NCBI GenBank assembly: GCA_019113005.1
Contig: DXIE01000026.1
Location: forward strand, 15,760-79,759
DNA length: 64,000 nucleotides
Source of the DNA: Candidatus Butyricicoccus avistercoris
GTDB lineage: Bacteria; Bacillota; Clostridia; Oscillospirales; Butyricicoccaceae
Direction: 5' to 3'
Below, piece by piece: positions 14,660 to 24,566 of the stretch (position 1 is its first letter; each line of letters begins with the position of its first letter). The position numbers were made by a program, and so were the translations under genes. The notes below the pieces were generated by a model, which worked only from the letters and a program-made list of their open reading frames with translations, made no database searches and was not told where the DNA came from.

Positions 14660-15382
14660 TTAATTATTCAAATCATTTACAATAATTTGTCTTACCTCTT
14701 CTGGCAAAGCATGAACTTGTTCTCTTGTCATATCTTTGGTTTCTATTGGTTTGTGTATTGTGACTTTTACTTTAGCCGCATTTATAAAGGCATGAGGGTT
14801 AGCCTCTAGCATTTTATAAGAGCCATCTATTGTGACAGGAACAATAGGCTTACCTACCTGTGCAGCGATACGGAAAGCACCTGCTTTAAAAGGTTTAACA
14901 GGGCCACCTTTAGACCTAGTACCTTCTGGGAATATAGTCAGGCTGTGACCTTCTTTAAGGATTTTAGAACCATTTATAATAGTTTGAGCACCAGCTCTAG
15001 GGCTACCCCTATCAACGAATAGACAATGAAGATGACGCATCCAAAGGCGAACACAAATAAGATGTTCTAGTTCTTTTTTAGCGACAAATCCACGCACATC
15101 ACCGACCATACTTAGCATAATAGGTATATCAAAATAGCCTTGATGGTTAGCCGCTACCATATAAGCGGTATCTCTAGGCAAGTTCTCCTCACCTATTATA
15201 GTTATCTCACCACCAGCGAGTTTAATAAGACGTCTGGCCCAGTTTTTAACGAAATGAGCGACAAATTTACTAGCTTTTTGTGGATTTTTCTTTTCCAGAT
15301 ATGTTATATAACCACTTACTGGCAGTGTTAAAAGTAGATATAACCAAAAATATGCAAACCAAATAATGGTACGCAAAAGCAT
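14660..15382 (-). CDS. plsC: 1-acyl-sn-glycerol-3-phosphate acyltransferase
   Basis: NHQGYFD, FPEGTRS motifs; start corrected to 15382. Confidence 0.92.
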   Translation of the reverse strand: MLLRTIIWFAYFWLYLLLTLPVSGYITYLEKKNPQKASKFVAHFVKNWARRLIKLAGGEITIIGEENLPRDTAYMVAANHQGYFDIPIMLSMVGDVRGFVAKKELEHLICVRLWMRHLHCLFVDRGSPRAGAQTIINGSKILKEGHSLTIFPEGTRSKGGPVKPFKAGAFRIAAQVGKPIVPVTIDGSYKMLEANPHAFINAAKVKVTIHKPIETKDMTREQVHALPEEVRQIIVNDLNN

Positions 15383-15517
15383 ATATTTTCCTCCAATGCT
15401 GCGAAAAATTAGCTGCATAGAATACTCTATGCAGCAGATATTGAACACTGTGTACGTTTTCTATTTTATCTAAAAGAGTTTAATTTTTCAAGCATTTTTC
15501 TAATATTTTTCACATTA

Positions 15518-16177
15518 TCACATATATTTTTCTAAAAATGGTAATAATTCGTCAAAGCTCTTGCTTATAATTACATCGCTTGATGTTTCAAGTTCAGCTT
15601 TTCTGTGCAAATACCATTCTTCACAAATGCCACATACTAAAAATCCGCCTTTTTTAGCAGAAGTTGCCGCATAAGGTGCATCTTCACAAACAATACATTC
15701 GCTAGGGTTAACACCCATTTTCTGTGCAGCGGTTAAATATATTTTAGGGTTTTCCTTGCTGCTGCCCACCTCATCAACAGTTATTATATCTGTTAAATAT
15801 TTTTTCATACCATGATGCTCTAAAACTTTTTCGGCTTGATGTTTAGAAGTTAGCGTTGCCACCGCCATTTTAATATTATTATCAGCTAATTTCTGCATAA
15901 GATTTAATGCACCATGTCTAGCTTTTGAAAGTTTTCTATATCTTTCAATAACAACAGCGTCCATTTCATCTGAAAGCTGTTTAGCAGTTACAGGCAAATT
16001 ATATTTCTCACAAAGATATTCTAAAACCTCAATTTGGCTCATAGGGTCCATTACTTCATAATCTTTCTTGGTTGGAATAACACCAAATTTAGCAACTGAC
16101 TCGTCAATGACCTTATCCCAAACAGCCATAGAATCAATTAGAGTTCCGTCCATATCAAAAATAACACTACGAATCAT
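15518..16177 (-). CDS. HAD-family phosphatase
   Basis: FDMDGTLIDS, K-x2-P-x2-Y, EDA motifs. Confidence 0.88.
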   Translation of the reverse strand: MIRSVIFDMDGTLIDSMAVWDKVIDESVAKFGVIPTKKDYEVMDPMSQIEVLEYLCEKYNLPVTAKQLSDEMDAVVIERYRKLSKARHGALNLMQKLADNNIKMAVATLTSKHQAEKVLEHHGMKKYLTDIITVDEVGSSKENPKIYLTAAQKMGVNPSECIVCEDAPYAATSAKKGGFLVCGICEEWYLHRKAELETSSDVIISKSFDELLPFLEKYM

Positions 16178-16815
16178 TTTGCTGTTACCTCCTGAGCAAT
16201 TTTATAAAGGTTTTGAGTAGCTTTTTTTATATCTTGCTGTGCGAATATACCAGAAACAGCACAAATGCCAGCAAGACCAGTGTTTTTAAGTTTAAAGGCA
16301 TTATTTTGGTTTATTCCCCCGATAGCAACGACAGGAATATTAACCGATTTACAAATTTCAGCAAAAAACTCCAAATTCATAGGTTTAGCATCTGTTTTGG
16401 TTTCCGAACCAAATACAGCACCAGAACCTATGTAATCCGCACCACTTTCCTCAGCGAGTTTTGCAGTTTCTATTGTTTTTGCCGTAGCACCGATTATAGC
16501 ATCTTTGCCAAGTATTTCCCTAGCCTGTTTTATATCGCCATCTGACGCACCAAGATGCACACCACAGCCTAAAGCCTTAGCGACAGATACTCTATCATTT
16601 ATAATCAGCGGAATATTATATTTTTGACACACAGGTAAAATTTCGCTTGCTCTTTTTATATATTCATCATCGGAGATATTCTTTTCACGGATTTGAATAA
16701 TTGTGCTGCCTCCCAAGATAGCCTGCTCAACATCTTGAGCAAGCGAGCGACCTTGAAGCCAACTTCTGTCAGTAATGGCATATAAAGTTAGTGTTTCTGG
16801 GTTCATTTTTATCAT
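16174..16815 (-). CDS. thiE: Thiamine-phosphate synthase
   Basis: LYAITDR, IQIREK, LIINDR, GVHLG, ADYIGSG, VAIGGI. Confidence 0.93.
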   Translation of the reverse strand: MIKMNPETLTLYAITDRSWLQGRSLAQDVEQAILGGSTIIQIREKNISDDEYIKRASEILPVCQKYNIPLIINDRVSVAKALGCGVHLGASDGDIKQAREILGKDAIIGATAKTIETAKLAEESGADYIGSGAVFGSETKTDAKPMNLEFFAEICKSVNIPVVAIGGINQNNAFKLKNTGLAGICAVSGIFAQQDIKKATQNLYKIAQEVTAK

Positions 16816-16862
16816 ACCCTTTCATAATAAAAACATTAGTAACACAATCATAACATATAAAA

Positions 16863-17555
16863 TTACAATAGTATAGCCGAACCGACAGAAATAATAATAG
16901 CAGTTATAAGTCCCGCAATACCAATAGCTAAACCGCTCATAGCACCCTCTATCTCGCCTAACTGTAAAGCGCTTGAAGTGCCGACAGCATGTGATGCCGT
17001 ACCGATAGAAATACCAGTTGCAACAGGGTGTTTAAAGCCAAATAATTTAAGCACAGCAGGGAGGCATACAGCACCTATAATACCGGTTATAATAATAGCA
17101 AGCGAGGTTACAGCGGTAAGACCTCCAAGTGATGAGCTAAGAGCAACACCTATTGGAGTAGTAACAGACTTAGGAAGAAGTGATTTTACTATTTGAGCAT
17201 CAAGCCCAAAAAGATTGCCTAAAATATAAACACTACCTATTGAAACGATAGAGCCAACCAAAGCACCCGCTAGAATAGGCAAAAGATGTTTTTTTAGTAT
17301 TTCAAGCTGTCTGTATATAGGAACAGCCAAAGCGATTGTAGCAGGAGTTAAACAAAGGGTAAGCACTCCCCCACCCTCGTTATATGTTTCGAGCGGGATT
17401 TTAAATATAACAATTACAGCACCCACAATTAAACAGGATATTAAAAGCGGATTAGCAAAAGGAGATTTAGTTTTTTCATTTATCCAAAGACCGAGCGAGT
17501 AAGCGAGCAAAGAAAGTGCCAAACAAGCTATTGGCGATGTTAAAGCGTTATACAT
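16863..17555 (-). CDS. lrgB: LrgB-family membrane protein
   Basis: LTPATIALAVPIY, LPKSVTTPIG, GTASHAVGT. Confidence 0.92.
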   Translation of the reverse strand: MYNALTSPIACLALSLLAYSLGLWINEKTKSPFANPLLISCLIVGAVIVIFKIPLETYNEGGGVLTLCLTPATIALAVPIYRQLEILKKHLLPILAGALVGSIVSIGSVYILGNLFGLDAQIVKSLLPKSVTTPIGVALSSSLGGLTAVTSLAIIITGIIGAVCLPAVLKLFGFKHPVATGISIGTASHAVGTSSALQLGEIEGAMSGLAIGIAGLITAIIISVGSAILL

Positions 17556-17925
17556 TTTTGTTTTCCCCTTTCTTATTTTTGCTTTGTAAAACTAAAATAA
17601 AATGTACAGTTCCAGCGGTAGCAAGTGCAGTTAAAAAAGTGGTTATAAAACAAACTGCAATAATTGCTACAAGCTGACTTTTAAGCTGATTATAAAGCTC
17701 TAGTATGCCAAGACTTACAGGTAAAAAGAATATAGCCATATTTTTAAGAAAAAAATCTGCCGCATGCTCTACTTGACGAGCCTTTATTAGTCTGCTTGCG
17801 AGCAAAACGAGCAGTAAAATCATACCTAAAACATTAGCTGGTAATGCTCCGCCTATTAAAACAGATATAACTTCGCCCAATACACAAATCGCGAGTATTA
17901 TTCCAAGTTCTCTTAAATAATTCAC
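17548..17925 (-). CDS. lrgA: CidA/LrgA-family holin-like protein
   Basis: LPANVLGMILLL, FFLPVSLG; GTG start at 17925 behind GGAGG. Confidence 0.88.
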   Translation of the reverse strand: MNYLRELGIILAICVLGEVISVLIGGALPANVLGMILLLVLLASRLIKARQVEHAADFFLKNMAIFFLPVSLGILELYNQLKSQLVAIIAVCFITTFLTALATAGTVHFILVLQSKNKKGENKNV

Positions 17926-18075
17926 AAATTTCGACCTCCATTTTTGATTACATTGCATAGTATACGCCTATAAAGCCAATTTGAAAAGGGTTTTAACCAT
18001 TTTAACCCACATTGCAATTTAAAAAATGTTGTGATAGACTAATATTTGCCGAATACTTTCGGTTAAGGAGTTAAT

Positions 18076-19524
18076 ATGTCAGAAAAAAATACTATGACGA
18101 AAAATGCGGTATTATTTTTACCCGCAAAAATATTAGAGGGCGTACTGCTTTTAATGATGTCCTCGATGTATACGCATATATTTACCGAACCTGCGGCTGG
18201 TTCATTTGGACTTGTGCAGCAAGTTATAAATTTTTCATATCTACTTATTGCGGCATGGATGGCAAATGCGAGCACACGCTATGCAGCGGAGGAATATAAG
18301 CGAGATAAAGCGAGCGGACTACTATCGACAATGACCGTAGTATATTTAATTATGGGCATTGTGGGAGTTATAGCCTGTGCAGGCATAGCGGCTGTATTGC
18401 AAGACAGCAGTTTTATATTTGGAGCTATTATGTTCTGCACATATACAGCATTTACAATTTTAATAAATACCCTTGTACAGCTTGATAAAGTAAAACCAGC
18501 TATTTTATTTTCCCTTATTTCGGCTATTTTAAAACTTTTGGTAGCGTTTATACTGGTTGGCGGAAAAAATAACTTCCCAGACCCCACACCTGCATTTATA
18601 GCAAATATAGTAGCCGATGGCATAGGAGCAATCGGAGCTATATTTGCATTAAAAATGCCAAGTGTGGTAAGATTTAAATTTTCAAGCAAGGATATGTTAA
18701 ATAAGATGTTAACATATGGCGTACCACTTATGGGCGTGGCACTTTGCTCTGGACTTTTAACTCTGTTTGATAGATTTTATATCTATGGTATGTTTGATAG
18801 AGCAACAGGAGCTATTTATTATTATAATAGCTCTATTCCAAACTCGGTTTTTACAATGCTTTCGGTAGGTGTTTTAAGAGGTGTATATCCTGCAGTTTTA
18901 AGAGCATGGAATGAGCGAAGTAAAGACGAGGCTAAAATTTTGCTTGGTTCAGGTGTAAGACTTTATATGCTTGTAGCCTTACCTGCTGCGTTTGGACTTG
19001 CGGCTGTATCACATGCGTTTTGCTCAGTGTTCTTTGCAGATGGCTACGAAGCTGGAGCATCTGTAATCGGCACAACAGCGTTTGCAATGGTGTTTATGGG
19101 ACTTACTGAATATGCAAATAAAGGCTATGAGCTTGAACAGGATACAAAGCCTGTTTTAACCAACTGTATGATAGCAATGATAGTAAAAATAGTAGCTAGT
19201 ATTGCATGTGTTCATATGCTCGGTTTCACAGGTGGTGCAATGGGTTCACTTATCGCCTTTGCAACATATTTTATTTTAACCTCGTTAAGAGTTAGAAAAT
19301 ATTTTATGTGGCGAGTGCCACTAGGTTCATTTATAAGAATACTGGTTTCAGCCGCACTTTGCGGACTTGCTGCATATTCTTGCACATTTTTACCTGTCGG
19401 AGAACTTTTAAAACTCATTTTATCAATAGCCGCAGGCGGACTTGTATACACCGTATGTATTATAGCTTCTTGCGAAGCTAAAGAAGAAGTTAAAATGGTA
19501 CTTGCAAAAATCAAGAGAAAATGA
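18076..19524 (+). CDS. Polysaccharide flippase (Wzx / MOP superfamily)
   Basis: Many TM helices; YGVPL, FDRFYI, GASVI motifs of Polysacc_synt proteins. Confidence 0.8.
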   Translation: MSEKNTMTKNAVLFLPAKILEGVLLLMMSSMYTHIFTEPAAGSFGLVQQVINFSYLLIAAWMANASTRYAAEEYKRDKASGLLSTMTVVYLIMGIVGVIACAGIAAVLQDSSFIFGAIMFCTYTAFTILINTLVQLDKVKPAILFSLISAILKLLVAFILVGGKNNFPDPTPAFIANIVADGIGAIGAIFALKMPSVVRFKFSSKDMLNKMLTYGVPLMGVALCSGLLTLFDRFYIYGMFDRATGAIYYYNSSIPNSVFTMLSVGVLRGVYPAVLRAWNERSKDEAKILLGSGVRLYMLVALPAAFGLAAVSHAFCSVFFADGYEAGASVIGTTAFAMVFMGLTEYANKGYELEQDTKPVLTNCMIAMIVKIVASIACVHMLGFTGGAMGSLIAFATYFILTSLRVRKYFMWRVPLGSFIRILVSAALCGLAAYSCTFLPVGELLKLILSIAAGGLVYTVCIIASCEAKEEVKMVLAKIKRK

Positions 19525-19602
19525 TAAAAAGCCTGTCAAACTTTGATTTTACAGTGACAGTAAAGCAACACAATAGGTTAACTTCACGGCTGACAAACAA
19601 TT

Positions 19603-19650
19603 TTACAAAAAGCAAGTGTGCTAAACAAAGAGTACACTTGCTTTTTATTT
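19603..19650 (+). terminator. Terminator after the flippase
   Basis: AAAAAGCAAGTGTGCT / AGTACACTTGCTTTTT hairpin. Confidence 0.65.
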
Positions 19651-19734
19651 ATGTTTTGTGAAGCACATGAATAATTCGACACTATTCCTTTATCTATGCT
19701 ATAATAAAAAAATAGAAATAAGCGGAGTGGTATC

Positions 19735-20712
19735 ATGTATAATTTAAGCTTAACTGCGTGCAGCTTTCATTTGAAAAAAGCAAGTTCAAAGTGAAACACC
19801 CAAATTATTAATTTGAATACTCCTTTTGATACAGAATTAAAAGATAACAGCGAATGTCATTTTGAAGATTTATCAGAGTTATTTATTTCTTTTTTTGAAA
19901 ATCATAGAACACTAATTAAGGACGATAATAAGCAACAGTCTTTTTGTTGTGAATACGATAAGAAAAATTACAGTGAAACAGATTTGTTTCGTATGTATTG
20001 TGTAAAAATTTATTCAGGGATTTATGGTAGTTCTTCAGAAATCATAGATGGTGATACCGAAAAAGTTAGATACAAGAAAAAATCATCAGATATAGACACT
20101 CGTCCATTTTACTTAATGGTCATTCTTCCAAAAGACAATGAAAAAGTAATTGTGCAAAAAGGAATGTTTATATTCCAAAATGTTGGACAGTTTGGTGTCA
20201 AAACTATTACTACGAATTTAATGCAAAATTTCTTTTCTGATAACTTTGGAATTACCCTAAAATGTCATACAATAGCTCCAGATTTATTTGTTAAAAAAGT
20301 TATTCGCAAAGATAATATCAAAAAACTTTTGATGATAAAAAATGTTAAATCAAATGATATGGCAGATAATATTGGTGTAGGTTATGGCTCTGAAACTAGA
20401 GAAATTAGTAATCTTAGTTTTAATGAGACAACGTGGGCAAAGATTATGAACAAAATTAGATTTGTAGCAGGAGGAAAATACAATTTATTTGAATTTGAAC
20501 AGCAAAAATATGGTAATTTAAAAGTTATAGTTGATATTTGAGGTAGAAATCGTACGATTAACCTTCATAATCTTGAGAATTTAAGCATAATTGAGGGTAT
20601 TCCTGATTATATAAGAATGTCAGATGGACATCCAAATTTACCTATGCTTATTGAATATTTTCATAAAGTAGCCACTGAATACTTAAAGGAAATGGTATTG
20701 CATATATCTTAA
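19735..20712 (+). pseudogene. Interrupted soluble protein (two in-frame TGA)
   Basis: ATG 19735 with RBS GGAG; one frame continues through TGA 19792-19794 and TGA 20539-20541 to TAA 20710-20712 (…VIVDI*GRNRTINLHNLENLSIIEGIPD…). Confidence 0.7.
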
Positions 20713-20730
20713 TTAAGGAGGGTGGAATTT

Positions 20731-21263
20731 GTGAATACAATTTCGTTTATTTTATTTATAATTGGTTCTGTTGTATTATTTTTATGTTTGTGTGCAAAGC
20801 ATAGCAATTTTTTAGATATTAGACAAATTTTTATTCAACACTTTTGTGTATTTAAAGGAAACATTTTGCAATTAATAGGTATTTTTTCACCTATCCTGTT
20901 GGCTATTGGACTTACTGAGATTAAATGTGTTGATAAAGATATTCTTAGTAATTTAAATATAATTCTTTCAATTCTAACTGCTATGTTTTTATCTGTTCTA
21001 AGTATTTTATGCTCATTTAATAAAGAGAAAAAAATGAAAATTATAGCCAACTATTAAAAGAAACCTTTAATACGTCTATTTTTGAAATAATACTTTGTTT
21101 GTTGTTGCTTTTTATATCATTTATTGTGTTATTCATCGGAGATTTCAAACAATCTATTGCTTTAAAAACCATTAGTGGTATAATATACTATCTAACGATG
21201 ATAACTATTCTTAATATTTTAGTTGTTATTAAGAGAATTAAAGTGCTTTTTGATAACCAGTAA
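20731..21263 (+). pseudogene. Frameshifted multi-TM membrane protein
   Basis: RBS AAGGAGG; shifting frame at the A7 run (21028-21034) gives …NENYSQLLKETFNTSIFEIILCLLLLFISFIVLF…KRIKVLFDNQ* ending at 21263. Confidence 0.7.
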
Positions 21264-21415
21264 ATTTGTTATTCATAACATAATCGAAACTATATTTTAT
21301 ATTATAATTAACCAATAAACAATAAAAGACGGTATAGCACTTGAATTGTGCTATACCGCCTAATTAAAATATAATTCGTTATAAACTTGAACGCTTAACC
21401 TAAAGGGATTTAAAA

Positions 21416-21940
21416 TTATAGCTTAGGGAATAGCTCCTGCTCAACAGCAGCGTCAAGAGTAACACCTGAGAAACCAACAGAAGTCATACCGTCAATAAAT
21501 CTGTTAACAGTAGACATTACCATGGACATATTGTCTGCAAAGAAAGTTACAATGGACTGTAAATCCTTAGAGCAATCAATAAGGGTGTTGTGCTTTAAGA
21601 AAATCTGACCTGCATGGTCAAATAAACCAAAGTAACCGATTGCACTAAAGTTATTGCAGTAAGCACAAGCAGCACGCAGATGACCAAAGTTTTCCTTTGG
21701 AGCGTTCTGGAATAGGGTTACAAAGAACTGTAACATGCCGTTATCCTCGCCACCTGGCAGAGGCATAGGAATAAAGCAACATTCAACAGTGACGTCCATT
21801 TGAGCCTTGCCCTGCTTAGGAGGTTCAGCATGGAGAATCATTGGTACATTTTCAGCTTTCATTGTTTCAGCTTTAAATCCATTCTGATTTAAAACTTCAG
21901 CCATACATTTTAAAATTTGTTCTTGTTTTTCTACTTTCAT
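21416..21940 (-). CDS. Hypothetical protein (possible YbjN-like fold)
   Basis: ORF track; host-like codon usage; follows purD. Confidence 0.6.
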   Translation of the reverse strand: MKVEKQEQILKCMAEVLNQNGFKAETMKAENVPMILHAEPPKQGKAQMDVTVECCFIPMPLPGGEDNGMLQFFVTLFQNAPKENFGHLRAACAYCNNFSAIGYFGLFDHAGQIFLKHNTLIDCSKDLQSIVTFFADNMSMVMSTVNRFIDGMTSVGFSGVTLDAAVEQELFPKL

Positions 21941-21955
21941 ATAGACTCCTTAAAT

Positions 21956-23206
21956 TTACTTCACGCCGATATCTGTACGGAAGTGTACACCATCGAAATG
22001 AATTTTCTTAACATCAGCATACGCTTTTTTGATTGCTTCGTCAAGAGTTTTTGCATTAGCAGTTACACCCAGTACACGACCACCATTAGTTACCATAGCA
22101 CCATCAGAGAGTTTAGTGCCTGCATGATAAACAATAGAGTCTGTTACATCATCTAAACCAGTGATAACTTTACCCTTTTCATATTTTGCAGGATAGCCAC
22201 CAGAAGCCATACAAACACAGCAAGCAGCATTGTCAGACCACTTAATATCAATATCTGCTAAAGTGCCATCAATAACAGCATTAAAGATATCAAAAATATC
22301 TGTTTCAAGTCTTGAAAGCACAGCTTGAGTTTCAGGGTCTCCGAAACGAGCATTGTATTCAATAACTTTAGGACCTTTTGGAGTGAGCATTAAACCAAAA
22401 TAAATAACACCCTTAAAGGTTCTGCCCTCTTTTGCCATAGCATCAATGGTTGGACGGAAAATAGTATCCATACATGTTTTAGCTATTTCATCTGTATACA
22501 TTCTTGATGGAGAGAAAGCACCCATACCGCCAGTATTTGGACCTTTATCATGGTCATAAGCACGCTTGTGGTCTTGAGCAGAAGGCATAGTTTTGATTGT
22601 CTTGCCATCAGTAAAAGCTAAAACAGAAACCTCAGGGCCTGTTAAAAACTCCTCAATAACAACTCTAGCACCAGCAGAGCCAAAAGCACCACCGTCCATA
22701 GCGTCTTTAACTGCATTTATAGCATCTTGTTCTGTCATAGCAACGGTAACACCCTTACCAAGAGCTAAACCGTCAGCTTTTACAACAATAGGTGCTCCCT
22801 GCTCTTTAATGTATTCTATTGCCTTAGCAGAGTCCTCAAAAACAGCATAATTTGCAGTTGGAATATTGTATTTGTGCATTAAATCCTTAGCAAAAGACTT
22901 AGAGCCTTCAATAATAGCGGCATTTTTATGAGGACCAAATGCACGAATACCCGCATCTTCCAAAGCGTCAACCATGCCAAGAGCTAGAGGGTCATCAGGA
23001 GCAACCATAACTAAATCAGGCTTATTTTCCTTAGCGAAAGCCACCATTTTTTCTATATCGGTAGCGGTTATATCCACACATTCAGCAATGCTTGCAATAC
23101 CGCCATTACCTGGAGCACACCAAATTTTATCTACTTTTGCACTTTTGCTAAGAGCGTGACAAATAGCGTGTTCACGACCGCCACCGCCTACAACTAAAAC
23201 CTTCAT
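21956..23206 (-). CDS. purD: Phosphoribosylamine-glycine ligase
   Basis: MKVLVVGGGGREHA, VVKADGLALGKGV, GPNTGGMG, RFGDPE. Confidence 0.97.
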   Translation of the reverse strand: MKVLVVGGGGREHAICHALSKSAKVDKIWCAPGNGGIASIAECVDITATDIEKMVAFAKENKPDLVMVAPDDPLALGMVDALEDAGIRAFGPHKNAAIIEGSKSFAKDLMHKYNIPTANYAVFEDSAKAIEYIKEQGAPIVVKADGLALGKGVTVAMTEQDAINAVKDAMDGGAFGSAGARVVIEEFLTGPEVSVLAFTDGKTIKTMPSAQDHKRAYDHDKGPNTGGMGAFSPSRMYTDEIAKTCMDTIFRPTIDAMAKEGRTFKGVIYFGLMLTPKGPKVIEYNARFGDPETQAVLSRLETDIFDIFNAVIDGTLADIDIKWSDNAACCVCMASGGYPAKYEKGKVITGLDDVTDSIVYHAGTKLSDGAMVTNGGRVLGVTANAKTLDEAIKKAYADVKKIHFDGVHFRTDIGVK

Positions 23207-23258
23207 AATTTACCTCCGTTTTATTGATGGTGCTTTGCCCCAAAAAATTTTAAAGTTT

Positions 23259-23330
23259 CCGTCCACGCTTTTCAAAGGGTGGCGGAGTCCAGAGGCAGAG
23301 CCTTTGGTCGCTTTCCGCAGAAAGCGAAAT
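23259..23330. repeat. Structured intergenic element of three consecutive hairpins (REP/MITE-like)
   Basis: CCGTCCACGCTTT/AAAGGGTGGCGG, CCAGAGGC/GCCTTTGG, TCGCTTTC-CGCA-GAAAGCGA; GC-rich relative to its flanks. Confidence 0.55.
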
Positions 23331-23384
23331 TCTTCTTTTATAAAAAGCGTGTCACAAAAGAAACTGCGACACGCTTAAATTTTT

Positions 23385-24557
23385 TTAGTGATGGAATAAA
23401 CGCATTCCTGTGAAACTCATAACCATATTATATTTATTTGCAGTCATAATTACATGGTCATCACGGATAGAGCCACCTGGCTGAACGATAAATTCAACAC
23501 CAGATTTTCTAGCACGTTCAACATTGTCACCGAATGGGAAGAATGCATCAGAGCCAACAGTAACACCTGTATTTTTGCTAATCCAAGCCTTTTTCTCCTC
23601 AGCTGTTAGCACTTCAGGCTTAACTTTGAAAGTGTTTTCCCAAACGCCATCATCCAGAATGTCCTCATATTCATCAGAAATATAAAGGTCGATTGCATTA
23701 TCTCTGTCTGGTCGTCTAATACCATCAACAAACTGTAAACCTAAAACCTTAGGGTGCTGACGTAAGAACCAGTTATCAGCCTTGCTGCCTGCAAGACGTG
23801 TGCAGTGAATACGGCTTTGCTGACCAGCACCAACACCGATAGTCTGACCATTTTTAACATAACAAACAGAATTAGATTGAGTGTATTTAAGAGTGATAAG
23901 AGCGACAATCATATCAAGAGCCGCCTCATCAGTCAGATTTTTATTATCAGTTACAATATTATTTAATAAATCTCTAGTGATTTTAAAATCATTGTAACCC
24001 TGTTCAAAAGTTACACCGAAAACATCTCGTTGTTCTATTGCCTTAGGCTTATAATTTTCATCAATCTTGATTACATTATAACCGCCCTTACGCTTTCTCT
24101 TTAGAATTTCCAGAGCCTCGTCTGTGTAATCTGGAGCAATAATGCCGTCAGAAACCTCATTTAAAAGAAGATTTGCAGTGTCAGTGTCACAGGTATCACT
24201 TAACGCCACAAAATCGCCATAAGAACAAAGACGGTCAGCACCTCTAGCACGAGCATAAGCGGAAGCGATTGGAGAAAGCTTTTCAGCATCAACAAAATAC
24301 ATCTGCTTTTCAGTTTCTGTCAGATGATAACCAAGAGCAGCACCCGCTGGAGAAACGTGCTTAAAAGATGCAGCAGCCGCATGACCAGTTGCCTCTTTAA
24401 GCTGACTAACAAGCTGATAAGCGTTAAAAGCATCTAAGAAATTTATATACCCTGGTTTACCGTTTAAAACCTCTATTGGAAGTTCACCTTCGGTCATAAA
24501 AATACGAGAAGGCTTTTGGTTAGGGTTGCAACCATATTTAAGAGTTAATTCTTTCAT
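23385..24557 (-). CDS. purH: AICAR formyltransferase (stand-alone PurH C-terminal domain)
   Basis: LKYGCNPNQ, FKHVSPAG, TQSNSV, GAGQQSR, SDAFFPF, QPGGS; IMPCH domain absent. Confidence 0.92.
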   Translation of the reverse strand: MKELTLKYGCNPNQKPSRIFMTEGELPIEVLNGKPGYINFLDAFNAYQLVSQLKEATGHAAAASFKHVSPAGAALGYHLTETEKQMYFVDAEKLSPIASAYARARGADRLCSYGDFVALSDTCDTDTANLLLNEVSDGIIAPDYTDEALEILKRKRKGGYNVIKIDENYKPKAIEQRDVFGVTFEQGYNDFKITRDLLNNIVTDNKNLTDEAALDMIVALITLKYTQSNSVCYVKNGQTIGVGAGQQSRIHCTRLAGSKADNWFLRQHPKVLGLQFVDGIRRPDRDNAIDLYISDEYEDILDDGVWENTFKVKPEVLTAEEKKAWISKNTGVTVGSDAFFPFGDNVERARKSGVEFIVQPGGSIRDDHVIMTANKYNMVMSFTGMRLFHH

Positions 24558-24566
24558 AAATCCACC

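Noticed and set aside
16816-16862. TPP riboswitch upstream of thiE
   Set aside because: The gap is only ~47 nt, AT-rich, and lacks the TPP consensus.
19792-20541. Genome-wide TGA recoding or selenocysteine
   Set aside because: Host genes end normally at TGA (19522-19524, 42782-42784, 62099-62101), and no SECIS-like hairpin or redox context is evident.
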